Positions 10,352 to 20,732 are shown, counted from the first letter of the stretch. The stretch is DNA of 64,000 nucleotides from Cyanophyceae cyanobacterium (GCA_038321985.1 JBBQFN010000020.1:1-64000), one strand, 5' to 3'. Program-made: numbers and translations. The notes: generated by a model from the letters alone, not told the origin.

Positions 10352-13300
10352 ATGCCCTACCTAAACAGTGATATAAACCGATCCATCGAGAAACTGCGGC
10401 AACTGACTCGGGTGAATGCGATCACTCACTGGCGATACCGGATGGAGGACTTATCCGTTGAGGAAGGGACGCAAGCGGAAAGCTGGAACCAATGGCCGAC
10501 GGTGGAAATTAACGAGAAAGGTCATATCCCCTGGGAAGAGGGACAGCAGACAATCTGGTTAGGATTACGATATCAGGTTCCGGACCCGTTGCAGGGGTAT
10601 CCAGTAGGGGGATTAACCTTACGATTGGCCCTAACTTGGTGGGCAGATGAGGCCCAAATTTTTGTAAATGGAGAGTTAGTGCAGGAGGGCGATTTATTTG
10701 ATTGTATGACGCGGGTGATGATCGAGGAAGCAGTAGAACCGGGTCAGGAGATTGATATCGCCTTACGTTTAGTCAGTCCAGGACATGACCGGGGGGCATT
10801 AGTGCGGTCAGTTTGGATTTATGAAAAAAGCTATGAACTGAGTTATGAAAAGTGCATTGATCCAGGATTTATTGCGGACGAATTAGAGGTGATTTGTAAG
10901 TATTGGACGATCGCAGCCGATGCCGAAACTAAATTGAATCAGTTAAAAAGCCATCTCAGTGCGATCGCCTGGGATGCTTTACCGGATGATGTGCCAAAAT
11001 TCGAGCAGTCGCTGTATAACTTGCGATCCGCCCTGAATCAAGAGTTTCAACAAACGAGCAAAATGTTTTTGCTAGGTCATGCCCATTTAGACCTAGCTTG
11101 GTTGTGGCCCGTTGCCGAAACCTGGGATGCTGCCGAGTTTACCTTTGCCTCCGTCCTAGATTTAATGGCAGGGTTTCCTCACCTCACTTTTGGGCATTCA
11201 ACCGCTGCCCTTTATGCTTGGATTGAAGAAAATTGTGCCGATTTATTTGAAGATATTAAAGCCGAAGTTGCCAGGGGACGCTGGGAAGTATTAGCGGGAT
11301 TATGGGTGGAACCGGAATTAAACATCATTAGTGGAGAGGCGATCGCCCGGCAAATTCTCTATGGACAACACTATTGTTTAGAAAAATTTGGTAAAGTTTC
11401 TCCCGTGGCATGGCTTCCTGATAGCTTTGGATTTTGTGGGCAATTGCCACAACTGTTAAAACAGGGGGGAATTGATTATTTCGTTACTCAAAAATTGAAA
11501 TGGAATGATACCACCGAATTTCCCTATCCAGCTTTTTGGTGGGAATCCCCCGATGGGACGCAAATTTTTAGTTTAATGTCAGCGCCAATTGGTACAGGAA
11601 TCGACCCCGTACAGATGGCAGATTATGCCTGCCAATGGGAACAGAAAACAGGAATTAAAAAAAGTTTATGGTTACCGGGAGTGGGAGATCATGGCGGCGG
11701 TCCTACCCGCGATATGTTAGAAGTTAGCGATCGCTGGCGAGAGTCTCCCTTTTTCCCCAAGATGGAATTTACAACCGTCCAAGACTATTTGCAACAGTTG
11801 CAACATCAGGGAAATTTTCCAGTATGGACTGATGAATTATATCTGGAATTTCACCGAGGATGTTATACCACCCACGGGGACCAAAAGCAATGGAATCGCC
11901 GAGGGGAAGGGTTATTATATGAGGCGGAATTATGGGCAGCAGTCGCTACAAGGGTAGCCGGCGCAGATTATCCGAAAGCCCAAATTGAAGCTGCCTGGAA
12001 AGCAGTATTATTTAACCAGTTTCACGATATTTTACCCGGTTCCTCGATTCCAGAAGTATATCTGGATGCCAATCTCGGGTGGCAGGAAGCTACAGAAAAT
12101 GGCCGCGAAGTGTTAGAAAGGGCCTTAGAGGCGATCGCCTCAGAAATTGCTGGAATTCCTCCGCGATCGATGCCATCTGCACAACCCATTCTGGTCTTTA
12201 ACTCCCTAAATTGGCAGCGATCGCAAGTGGTTTCTCTAGAGTTGCCCACATCTGCTGAAACTGGGATGGAATGGCAAGTTTATGATAGTAATGGCAACCG
12301 AGTGCGATCGCAACTCACCGCAACTCATCTCCTTTTTGAATCCAGCGATATACCCTCCGTTGGGTATCGCGTTTTTTGGTTAGGACAATTACAAATCAGT
12401 CCGAATTCTGCTTTCGTGGAAACTGACGCAGAATTCATCTTAGAAACTGATAAATTGCAAGTCATCATAGACCCCAAAACCGGCAACATCAGCAGCATTT
12501 ATGATAAAATAGAAGATAGAGAAATTCTCAGCGGACCGGCAAACCAACTCCAAGGATTTGAAGATAAAGGACAATACTGGGATGCCTGGAACATCGACCC
12601 TCACTATGGGGAATATCCCCTGCCTGCAACGACTCTAAAACAGATTCAATGGTTAGAACGAGGCGAACTCCAACAACGAGTGCAAGTTATTCGCCAATTA
12701 GGACAATCCGAATTTATTCAAGAGTATATCATCCAAGCCGACTCCCCCTTAGTCAAAATTGCCACCACTGTTAACTGGCAAGACCGAAATGTCATGGTAA
12801 AAGCTGCATTTCCCCTCAAAATTGCAGCAAATTTTGCCACCTATGAAACCCCCTGTGGTGCAATCGAACGAACCACCCAACCCCAAACCCCTGGGGAAAA
12901 AGCTAAATGGGAAGTTCCCGCATTAAAATGGGCTGATTTAAGTGGAGAAAAAGCGGGAGTTAGTCTCCTCAATGATTGTAAATATGGGTATGATGCCACA
13001 CCGAATCAACTGCGTTTAACCCTCTTGCGCGGTTCCAATTGGCCGGACCCCGATGCAGATTTAGGCTGGCATCAATTTACCTATGCTATTTATTCTCATG
13101 CCGGTAATTGGAAGTCAGCAAAAACCGTGCGACAAGGGTATGAATTGAATTTACCTTTACAGGTTCGCCGGATGGAAGCCCTTCCGAAAATCGGGAAAGT
13201 TTGGCAGGATGTCGGGGGTAGTTTTTTAGAGTTATCGGGAGAAAGTCTAGTCTTAATGGCATTCAAGCAGTCAGAAATTGATGTAAATAAGTGGATTATG

Positions 13301-13471
13301 CGCTGTTATGAATCCGAAGGAAAAGAGATAAATTTAGAGGTTCAGGGGGAATGGAACAGCTTGCAATCTGTTGATTTATTAGAAAGGAAGTTAGAAGGAG
13401 AACCCCTCTATTCACCGGGGGAATTTGTCCCGATATTACCCTGGAAAATTGTCAGTTTTGAATTGGGGTGA
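10352..13471 (+). CDS. Alpha-mannosidase, glycoside hydrolase family 38
   Basis: GHAHLDLAWLW, WLPDSFG, GVGDHGGGP, ELYLEFHRG and NQFHDILPGS motifs. The ATG is at 10352 (the track starts at TTG 10340). Confidence 0.93.
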   Translation: MPYLNSDINRSIEKLRQLTRVNAITHWRYRMEDLSVEEGTQAESWNQWPTVEINEKGHIPWEEGQQTIWLGLRYQVPDPLQGYPVGGLTLRLALTWWADEAQIFVNGELVQEGDLFDCMTRVMIEEAVEPGQEIDIALRLVSPGHDRGALVRSVWIYEKSYELSYEKCIDPGFIADELEVICKYWTIAADAETKLNQLKSHLSAIAWDALPDDVPKFEQSLYNLRSALNQEFQQTSKMFLLGHAHLDLAWLWPVAETWDAAEFTFASVLDLMAGFPHLTFGHSTAALYAWIEENCADLFEDIKAEVARGRWEVLAGLWVEPELNIISGEAIARQILYGQHYCLEKFGKVSPVAWLPDSFGFCGQLPQLLKQGGIDYFVTQKLKWNDTTEFPYPAFWWESPDGTQIFSLMSAPIGTGIDPVQMADYACQWEQKTGIKKSLWLPGVGDHGGGPTRDMLEVSDRWRESPFFPKMEFTTVQDYLQQLQHQGNFPVWTDELYLEFHRGCYTTHGDQKQWNRRGEGLLYEAELWAAVATRVAGADYPKAQIEAAWKAVLFNQFHDILPGSSIPEVYLDANLGWQEATENGREVLERALEAIASEIAGIPPRSMPSAQPILVFNSLNWQRSQVVSLELPTSAETGMEWQVYDSNGNRVRSQLTATHLLFESSDIPSVGYRVFWLGQLQISPNSAFVETDAEFILETDKLQVIIDPKTGNISSIYDKIEDREILSGPANQLQGFEDKGQYWDAWNIDPHYGEYPLPATTLKQIQWLERGELQQRVQVIRQLGQSEFIQEYIIQADSPLVKIATTVNWQDRNVMVKAAFPLKIAANFATYETPCGAIERTTQPQTPGEKAKWEVPALKWADLSGEKAGVSLLNDCKYGYDATPNQLRLTLLRGSNWPDPDADLGWHQFTYAIYSHAGNWKSAKTVRQGYELNLPLQVRRMEALPKIGKVWQDVGGSFLELSGESLVLMAFKQSEIDVNKWIMRCYESEGKEINLEVQGEWNSLQSVDLLERKLEGEPLYSPGEFVPILPWKIVSFELG

Positions 13472-13477
13472 AGATAT

Positions 13478-13538
13478 CCGCAGATGACAGCAAGTCGGGA
13501 AGTTAAAAGATAAAATAACGACTTGCTGTCATCTGCGG
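13478..13538. repeat. Perfect 20-bp inverted repeat between convergent genes (probable bidirectional terminator or stabiliser)
   Basis: CCGCAGATGACAGCAAGTCG (13478-13497) / CGACTTGCTGTCATCTGCGG (13519-13538). Confidence 0.85.
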
Positions 13539-13581
13539 GTTGATGAATTAAAAATGTGAGAAAATAACGTAACGTTATCGA

Positions 13582-14127
13582 TTATTTTCGGGTTTTAAAT
13601 TTATGCAATTTTCCTTTGATCCAAATCTGGAAGGTTTGCCCCAGTAAAAGGGAGATCCGGCGAAAGATGTTCCAATTAATTATGAATTTTATAAACCAGC
13701 TATTATTAGAGTGAGTTTGCTGTTCTTCCTGGATAATATCCCAAGCCTTTTCGAGGGTAGAGACGCGCTGGGGTGAACGTTTAAACCAATGAATTAGGGC
13801 GCGGATTGCTTTTTGCTTGCGATTCAGCTTTTGTCCGATGAGAATATCACCTGCTAGAGTGGGGTAACACCGATCAAGTTCGGCTAAGGTGCGATCGCCC
13901 CACTCTTGGATTTGAGGAATTGTACTTTGGCTGAGTTCTTCACAGAGTTTCCAAGCTAGGCGAAGTTTCCCATCTTTTTCGTAGGCTTTAACTAAGGCTT
14001 TTTTTGCTTTGAAAAGAGTCCCCGGATCCAGTTCCTCGGCTAAGACGGTTTCTAATTGGGCGATCGCCTCTGGATAATCCCCTGCTTTTAGCTGGGTTAA
14101 CCCCGCTTGTAAATTTCGATTTGCCAT
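13582..14127 (-). CDS. Hypothetical protein with a TPR-like N-terminus
   Basis: LQAGLTQLKAGDYPEAIAQLE...LVKAYEKDG helical TPR-like pattern, followed by a basic and hydrophobic C-terminus. Confidence 0.65.
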   Translation of the reverse strand: MANRNLQAGLTQLKAGDYPEAIAQLETVLAEELDPGTLFKAKKALVKAYEKDGKLRLAWKLCEELSQSTIPQIQEWGDRTLAELDRCYPTLAGDILIGQKLNRKQKAIRALIHWFKRSPQRVSTLEKAWDIIQEEQQTHSNNSWFIKFIINWNIFRRISLLLGQTFQIWIKGKLHKFKTRK

Positions 14128-14253
14128 AGCACGATTGGGATGAGATTGGATAGGCTGCTAGCTGAGAATGCCCCTTTTGACCCCTACAAATATTCTCGCT
14201 CAATCATTGACGCTCATAAAAAAACTGCTCATCCCCTCTCTAAAATTTACTAG

Positions 14254-14329
14254 ATAAAATCCAGCTAGTCAAGGCGATCGAATCGGTTCAACAAGGTTCA
14301 ATAACCGGGCTTAACTAGCTGGATTTTAT
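14254..14329. repeat. 16-bp perfect inverted repeat downstream of the 14357-14962 gene (possible terminator)
   Basis: ATAAAATCCAGCTAGT (14254-14269) / ACTAGCTGGATTTTAT (14314-14329). Confidence 0.7.
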
Positions 14330-14356
14330 GAAGAGTACAGTGTTATATGCTGTTTA

Positions 14357-14962
14357 TTAAACCGTCGGAGTCCGAGGACGACGAGCACCGAGGGTTGACC
14401 CAATCAAAGAGGCAACTAAACCCAACATTGAGCCAAATAAAAATGACCAACCGGCTCGGGCAACACCATCCGCAAAATCACGCGCCTCTGTGGGTGTTAT
14501 ATTCTGTGCTTCCGGGTTGACATTGACGCGATCGGCTATTTCTCCAGCATTGGCCATGACAATCCCAAAAGTTCCGGTTACACCACTTGCCAGTAACCAA
14601 GAACTTAGTGCCAAAGTAGTTGCCCACAAAATTGCTCCATTTAACAGGGCTGTACTTTTATTCATGGGTCCACAGGTGCGAGCCATCATCCATGAACCCA
14701 GCAATAGGGCAATAAATAAACTAATAATGGACCAAATTCCTACGCCCAAACCAATGGCATTGGGGTCGGCTTGGGCATCGGCTGCACCTACGCTCATCCC
14801 GATCGCGACTCCAAGCGCGCTTAACACTAATTGTGTACTAATGGCGATGACGATTCCCGCTAAAATGGGACCCCACCGAACGCGGTCATGATAATCTACC
14901 ACGGGAGTAGTGATCATGGCAGGTTCGGCTATATTCATTCCGCTACGATTTCCATAAGTCAT
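14357..14962 (-). CDS. Four-TM membrane protein of the type found with general-stress/DUF2382 genes
   Basis: DRVRWGPILAG motif and four hydrophobic Gly/Ala-rich helices. Confidence 0.8.
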   Translation of the reverse strand: MTYGNRSGMNIAEPAMITTPVVDYHDRVRWGPILAGIVIAISTQLVLSALGVAIGMSVGAADAQADPNAIGLGVGIWSIISLFIALLLGSWMMARTCGPMNKSTALLNGAILWATTLALSSWLLASGVTGTFGIVMANAGEIADRVNVNPEAQNITPTEARDFADGVARAGWSFLFGSMLGLVASLIGSTLGARRPRTPTV

Positions 14963-15223
14963 TGTTCTTATCTCCCTTACCCTACTCGGTTAATTTTTTT
15001 TAAAAGCAAATGCTAGCACTGGGGAGAATGCCTACATTAATATGACTTCAATGTAAGGCTAGGTTACTTTTTTATCTATCTATCTAGGGTTAGAACTTCA
15101 CCGGATTAAAGACGAGAGAAAGTCAATCGTCAGGTAGAGGGGGGAAAGTATTAATTTTTTTAATATAGATATATAGAAGATAATTGTAACAAAATCGTAA
15201 CAAAACTTTAAGGAGATGATAGC

Positions 15224-16189
15224 ATGACGCTTTACAAAATTGAAGAATTTTATCCCAACTACCAAGACGATTTATTTGATGGGGATGACATTAAAGGCTA
15301 TGACGTTTATTCCTCAAAAAACGAGGAAAAAATCGGTCACGTTGATGATGCCCTAGTCGATGAATCCGGTTATTTCCGTTATCTAGTCATTGATACTGGC
15401 TTTTGGGTGTTTGGAAAAAAGGTCTTGATTCCCATCGGTCGTTGCCGAGTGGATAATGATCACCGCCGCATCTATGCGATGGGTCTGGAAACCAAAGAAC
15501 AAGCCGAGCAACTGCCGGAGTACCAAGAAGATACTATGATTGATCGCAGTTATGAGCAGAATGTGCGGTCAATTTATGGCGTTCCCAGTGTAGAAGATTC
15601 TGCCGCTGTAGAAGACAGTCCCCCGGTAGAAGGGTCTGGGGTAGCGGCAACCGCGATGGGTCGTCAAGTGATGCCACCGACGGTTCCCCCGGGTCAAACC
15701 CGCAGCACAACTTCCAGCGAGCGCGTCGTTGCCAGTAACGAAGAGTATGGCTATGATCGCGAACCCTCTTTGTACAATACTACCGACCTCGATCACCAAA
15801 AACTCAAGCTGTATGAAGAACGGCTTGTGGCGCATAAACACCGCGAAAAAACAGGGGAAGTTTTAGTCAGCAAACGGGTTATCACGGAAACTGCAAAAGC
15901 TGCGGTTGCGGTGGAAAATGAAAAAGTTGTCGTTGAAGTCCGCGAAGCTGTAGGGGCTGAACAGACTCTGGCTTCCGGTGAAGTGGCCTTTAATGACACT
16001 GAAATTGCCCGGGTTGAAGTTTATCAAGAGAAAGCAGACATTCACAAGGAAACTTTCGTGCGGGAGGAAGTTGAAATTCATAAAGAAGTCGAACGAAATA
16101 CGGTTCAAGGAGAAGAAGCTCTTCGCCGCGAAGAACTAGAAATCAAGCGCGAAGGAAATCCAATGGTCGAGGACAAAAACCGCCGCTAA
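15224..16189 (+). CDS. PRC-barrel plus DUF2382 (YsnF/AvaK-type) stress protein
   Basis: N-terminal PRC barrel (DIKGYDVY...KIGHVDDALVD...RYLVIDTGFW) and C-terminal LYEERLVAHK...EEVEIHKE...RREEL. An AGGAG RBS precedes the start. Confidence 0.9.
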   Translation: MTLYKIEEFYPNYQDDLFDGDDIKGYDVYSSKNEEKIGHVDDALVDESGYFRYLVIDTGFWVFGKKVLIPIGRCRVDNDHRRIYAMGLETKEQAEQLPEYQEDTMIDRSYEQNVRSIYGVPSVEDSAAVEDSPPVEGSGVAATAMGRQVMPPTVPPGQTRSTTSSERVVASNEEYGYDREPSLYNTTDLDHQKLKLYEERLVAHKHREKTGEVLVSKRVITETAKAAVAVENEKVVVEVREAVGAEQTLASGEVAFNDTEIARVEVYQEKADIHKETFVREEVEIHKEVERNTVQGEEALRREELEIKREGNPMVEDKNRR

Positions 16190-16320
16190 ACCTCATCAAG
16201 GAGAGGTTGAGGGTTTTGAATTAATCCAGGTTAGATATAGCCTATCGCCTAATCTGTTGGGCTAGGGATATCTAAGCTCAAGTTCCTTCTAATTCATCCC
16301 CCTCTCCGAGTAAAATAATC

Positions 16321-16380
16321 AAGGCGGGTTTGGAGACCTTGACTGTTTCCCAGACTCTAGGGGAATCAACCCGCCTTTTT
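16321..16380 (+). terminator. Hairpin or REP-like terminator
   Basis: AAGGCGGGTT / AACCCGCCTT arms followed by T residues. Confidence 0.5.
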
Positions 16381-16512
16381 CAATCCTCTGCTCTTCGATG
16401 AAAAAGCAAAGGTGATATAAAAAATATAAAGGTTTACACTTTTCTAGAATAATCTCACAAGCAGGGATTAATTATTGCTTAAAAAATTTTAGGTGCTAAC
16501 AGGAGAATATTA

Positions 16513-17514
16513 ATGATGTCTTTTTCTGTAAAATGGCCCGTTGCCGTTGTGAGTTCTATTGTCCTGGCAGTGATTGCAGGGGTTACCCTTCCTGAGCTGG
16601 GGAACGTTGAACCGGCGGCAGCACAGGGTCAAAAACAACCGAAACAACCCTCACAAAAACAAACCTCTTTCCCAGATGTCCAACCCAACTATTGGGCCAC
16701 TCCATTTATTGAAGGGTTAGCCCAAAAAAATATTGTGGCGGGATATCCGGACGGAACGTTTAGACCCAATCAAAATATTGAGCGAGATGAATTTGCGGCG
16801 CTGATTCGGAAATCCTTTGAGGTGACAAAAAAACGGGATATTTCCAGTGGGAGTGTCTTTAATGATGTTCCGGAAAATTATTGGGCGGTTCCGGCAATTG
16901 AAGAAGCCTATGAAGGGGGTTTTATGGATGCCTCTTCTAATCGCCAGTTATTTCGACCCCGCCGAGAAATGACCAGAGTAGAAGCGATCAGCGCTTTAGC
17001 AAAAGGTCTACAATTGGTCAACACTCGTCCCGCCTCGAGTGCCTATCAAACCGGCGATCGCACCGCTACAGAACGCCCGACTCGACGCCCAGTTGCTAAA
17101 CGGCAGATGGCATTTCCCATGGCATTTACCGCCTTGATGCAACCTTTATGGTTAATTCAACGAGCAAATGCACAATCCCCATCTCCACCGGCAACCGAAG
17201 TAGAAGAACCCATTCAACAATCCTTCGGAACAGAACCAGCAGCAGCGGGTTTAAGTGCCTATTATGCCGATGCCGATCGCATTTCTGAAACGGCAACTGA
17301 CCCAATCTTAGCTGCAACCCAAGCTAATATCGTGGTCAATCATCCCGATCCTGCGGTACTTAACCCCAATGAATTTTTGACTCGCGGTTCCGCGGCTGCC
17401 TTGATTTATCAAAGTTTAGTCCATGCCGGACGCATGGAAGCCCTACCCGCAAATTCCCCAGCGAATCAATACATTGTCGATTCTCCTACCCAGAATAACC
17501 CGGACAGTCAATAA
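16513..17514 (+). CDS. S-layer homology (SLH) domain protein with signal peptide
   Basis: FPDVQPNYWA...IVAGYPDGTFRPNQNIERDEFA and FNDVPENYWA...MTRVEA SLH repeats, with a hydrophobic N-terminus ending AAAQ. Confidence 0.9.
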   Translation: MMSFSVKWPVAVVSSIVLAVIAGVTLPELGNVEPAAAQGQKQPKQPSQKQTSFPDVQPNYWATPFIEGLAQKNIVAGYPDGTFRPNQNIERDEFAALIRKSFEVTKKRDISSGSVFNDVPENYWAVPAIEEAYEGGFMDASSNRQLFRPRREMTRVEAISALAKGLQLVNTRPASSAYQTGDRTATERPTRRPVAKRQMAFPMAFTALMQPLWLIQRANAQSPSPPATEVEEPIQQSFGTEPAAAGLSAYYADADRISETATDPILAATQANIVVNHPDPAVLNPNEFLTRGSAAALIYQSLVHAGRMEALPANSPANQYIVDSPTQNNPDSQ

Positions 17515-17707
17515 TCTCGGAAAATCCTCAGACTGATTTCAACGGTTGCGATCGCCCTGGCAATGGACCTCCCTCCGAGGCTTAAAAAGTCCGGATTCTG
17601 CCTGATTTGTGCGCAAGTTGGAGGGTGGTGTTTGCCGATTCATGCCCTCTGGCACTTGATGAATTGGTGATCACCCCATTTAAGCGCAACCCTAGCAAAG
17701 GCGACCT

Positions 17708-18493
17708 ATGAAACGAATGAGTGCTGAGGACCTGCTCAATCATTATGAAGCGGGACAACGAGACTTTTTGCTGTTGGATCTGAGTGGTTCAGATCTGCGC
17801 GGGGCTTGTTTGCCGCATATCAATCTCATGGGCGGGGATCTCGTCGGTGCTGATCTTAGCGGTGCTGATCTGAGTAACGCGGATCTCAGCGGTGCTGATC
17901 TGACTCGGGCCAACTTTTCCTATTCTAATCTGAGCGGGGCGGAACTCTCTCACGCGATCGTAGCTGAGGCAAATTTTACCGGAGTTAACTTCTCCGGGGG
18001 AATCCTTAATGGTCTAATTTTAGGCCGGGAAGATGCCCCGGGTCCGAATTTCAGCGAATCCAATTTAACCGGGGCGAAGTTGGTAGAAGTCCAGTTACCC
18101 CACGCTAATTTCACCGCTGCCAACCTCACTGCTGCGGATTTGGCCTATTCCCATCTCACTAAGGCTAATTTTTCAGAGACCTTTTTGCTGGGAACTTTCC
18201 TCAAACAAGCCAATCTAGCCGGGGCTAATTTCCGACGGGCTCATCTATTCGGCACGTTTTTAGTAGAAGCTTGTTTAAGTGAGGCTTGCTTTGAAAATGC
18301 CTATCTCAACTGTGTGAACTTTTATCATGCAGATTTAAACCAGGTTAACCTGGAAGTGACCAGCGATTACAAACGTCTGGTGATGCCAACGGGCTACCGG
18401 GGCGATCGCTGTAAGTTTCGGCAGTTGCGAGAAAATCGCCAGGAGAACGTAGCCGTTAAACCCCCGGTTGAGGCGCATTCCGTTCAGTGGTAA
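17708..18493 (+). CDS. Pentapeptide repeat protein
   Basis: Tandem A(D/N)LxG repeats and the typical MSAEDLLNHYEAGQRDF start. Confidence 0.93.
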   Translation: MKRMSAEDLLNHYEAGQRDFLLLDLSGSDLRGACLPHINLMGGDLVGADLSGADLSNADLSGADLTRANFSYSNLSGAELSHAIVAEANFTGVNFSGGILNGLILGREDAPGPNFSESNLTGAKLVEVQLPHANFTAANLTAADLAYSHLTKANFSETFLLGTFLKQANLAGANFRRAHLFGTFLVEACLSEACFENAYLNCVNFYHADLNQVNLEVTSDYKRLVMPTGYRGDRCKFRQLRENRQENVAVKPPVEAHSVQW

Positions 18494-18578
18494 GAGATAA
18501 GATGGGGGATATCCGGAAACGACTCAACTCGTGACACCGAACATCCATCCCCCCTGGATGAGACTCTTGTTGATCCGC

Positions 18579-20732
18579 TTACTCAACTCCCCAAACTTTG
18601 ACGGTCCCATCGGCGCTGCCGCTGACGATGAAGTGGGACGCGGACGGACTGAAGGCTAGGGCATTGACCCAGTTAGAATGCCCTGAAAACATCCGTAGCT
18701 CTTTCCCAGTCCGCAGATGCCAAATTTTGAGGGTACTGTCCGCACTGCCGCTAGCAAGCTGGTATCCGTCCCGACTGAAGGCGACGGAATTAACGGGTTC
18801 GGAATGGGCTGCCAGGGTGCCGCGTTCCTCTCGGGTGCTGGGGTTCCAGAGTTTGATAGTGCCATCTTCACAGGCACTGGCAATGGTTTTGCCCGTGGGA
18901 CTAAAGGCGATGGAGTTGACTGCATCCGAATGTCCTTCTAGGGTGCCTAGTTCTTCTGAAGTGTTCCAATTCCAAAGTTTGATAGTGCCATCCATGCTGC
19001 TACTGGCTAAGTATTCCCCATCGGGACTGAACAGAACGGAGGATACGGCGTCGGAGTGGCCTGTGAAGGTGCTAATCTCTAACCCGGTGTCCAGGTTCCA
19101 GAGTTTGATGGTTTCATCAGCGGATCCACTAGCTAAAATCGGAAGTTTTGGATGCATGGCGACGGCATCAACGCGGTAGGAATGGCCCAGGAGGGTGCGA
19201 ATTTCTTTCCCGGTTTGGAGGTTCCAGAGTTTGATGGTTTCGTCTCCGCTACCAGAGGCAAGGAGTTTGCCATCGGGACTGAAGGTTACGGACCAGACCC
19301 CTTCGGAATGTCCAGCGAGTAAGATGGCAAGGACGCCACTGTTGAGACTCCAGATTTTGATCAGACCATCTTCACTGCCGCTGGCGACCCGACTGCCGTC
19401 AGGACTGACGGCGATATCTTCCACCCAGCTAGAGATGCCACTGAGCGATCGCAGTTCTTCTCCACTGTGAAGGTTCCATTTGGCGGTGTTTCCGGCGCTG
19501 CCACTGCCGACCATTTGACCATCTGGGGTAAAGACGACGGAATCAACCCACTCTCCATCTCCGCCCAGGGTCCGCAGTTCTTCCCCAGTTTCCAAACTCC
19601 AGACTTTGAGGGTGCGATCGCCGCTGCCGCTGACTAACTGACGACCATCGGGGGCGATCGCCAGGGAACTCACCCATTCTCCATGTCCTCTGAGGGTTTT
19701 CAGGGCGGCATCTTCTGGTACTTTTGAGCTTTCTATATTCCAGAGTTTAACGGTATCATCGGCACTTGCACTGATGAGCAAGCGTCCCTCTGTGCTGAAG
19801 GTTACCGCGTTAACTCCGGCAGAATGTCCGCTAAGAGTGGCGATCGCGGTCTTGTCACTCCCTCGCCACAGCTTAATCGTGCCATCTTCACTACCACTGG
19901 CGATCAGTTCGCCATCGGGACTGAAGGCGGCGGAATACACCCAGTCTCGATGTCCTGTAAACGTCTGTAATTCTTCCCCAGTTTCAATATTCCACAATTT
20001 AATTGTGCTGTCTCCTCCACTGACCAATTGTTTGCCATCGGGACTAAATGCGACGGAATATACCCAGTCATAATGACCCTCTAAAGTTCTAACTTCTTCG
20101 GCAGTTTCTACATTCCACAATTTAATCGTGTTGTCCTTGGAACCTGAAACCAGGAGTTTACTATCAGGACTAAAGGTAACAGAGGTTACCCAGCGGGAAT
20201 GGCCGGTAAGGGTTTGTTTGAGGGACGCTCTTTTGCCTGAGTTTTCCTCATGAATGGTCCAGAGTTTTAAGGTAGCATCTCCACTGCCACTCGCCAGCAG
20301 ACAACCATCGGGACTGAAGGCGACGGAATCCACCCAATCGGAATGTCCGCTGAGAATGCCGAGTTCTTCTCCCGTCTCCAGATTCCACAGCTTAATCGTA
20401 TTATCATTACTGCCACTGGCAACCAGACGACCATTCGGGCTAATCGCCACGGAATAAATCCGGCTAGAATGTCCCCCCATGGTGCGGATGCACTTAAAAA
20501 AGCGATAGGGGTTATAGTCTTGTAAAGCTTTACGCACTTCTAGTTCCGGCCTATTTCGTAGCAGCAGATAGGCCGCACGCTGCACGGGTTCCGCTTCGTC
20601 CTTTAATGCCTTGATGACCTGCTCTAATCCCGACTTGCTCTGCTTCAAAGCCGCTTTGAGGGTACCGATTTTTGCTTCGATATCCGCGATCGCTACATTA
20701 GCATGGACTGGCTGAATTGGATGATTTGCCAT
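18579..20732 (-). CDS. WD40-repeat protein (about 14 repeats, two propellers) with a short helical N-terminal module
   Basis: Regular GHSxWVxSVAFSPDG...ASGSxDxTIKLW repeats. Confidence 0.93.
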   Translation of the reverse strand: MANHPIQPVHANVAIADIEAKIGTLKAALKQSKSGLEQVIKALKDEAEPVQRAAYLLLRNRPELEVRKALQDYNPYRFFKCIRTMGGHSSRIYSVAISPNGRLVASGSNDNTIKLWNLETGEELGILSGHSDWVDSVAFSPDGCLLASGSGDATLKLWTIHEENSGKRASLKQTLTGHSRWVTSVTFSPDSKLLVSGSKDNTIKLWNVETAEEVRTLEGHYDWVYSVAFSPDGKQLVSGGDSTIKLWNIETGEELQTFTGHRDWVYSAAFSPDGELIASGSEDGTIKLWRGSDKTAIATLSGHSAGVNAVTFSTEGRLLISASADDTVKLWNIESSKVPEDAALKTLRGHGEWVSSLAIAPDGRQLVSGSGDRTLKVWSLETGEELRTLGGDGEWVDSVVFTPDGQMVGSGSAGNTAKWNLHSGEELRSLSGISSWVEDIAVSPDGSRVASGSEDGLIKIWSLNSGVLAILLAGHSEGVWSVTFSPDGKLLASGSGDETIKLWNLQTGKEIRTLLGHSYRVDAVAMHPKLPILASGSADETIKLWNLDTGLEISTFTGHSDAVSSVLFSPDGEYLASSSMDGTIKLWNWNTSEELGTLEGHSDAVNSIAFSPTGKTIASACEDGTIKLWNPSTREERGTLAAHSEPVNSVAFSRDGYQLASGSADSTLKIWHLRTGKELRMFSGHSNWVNALAFSPSASHFIVSGSADGTVKVWGVE

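Noticed and set aside
18598..20525. Plus-strand ORFs with periodic sequence overlapping the WD40 gene (similarly the minus-strand ORF 47528-48076)
   Set aside because: These are antisense shadows of WD40 repeats.
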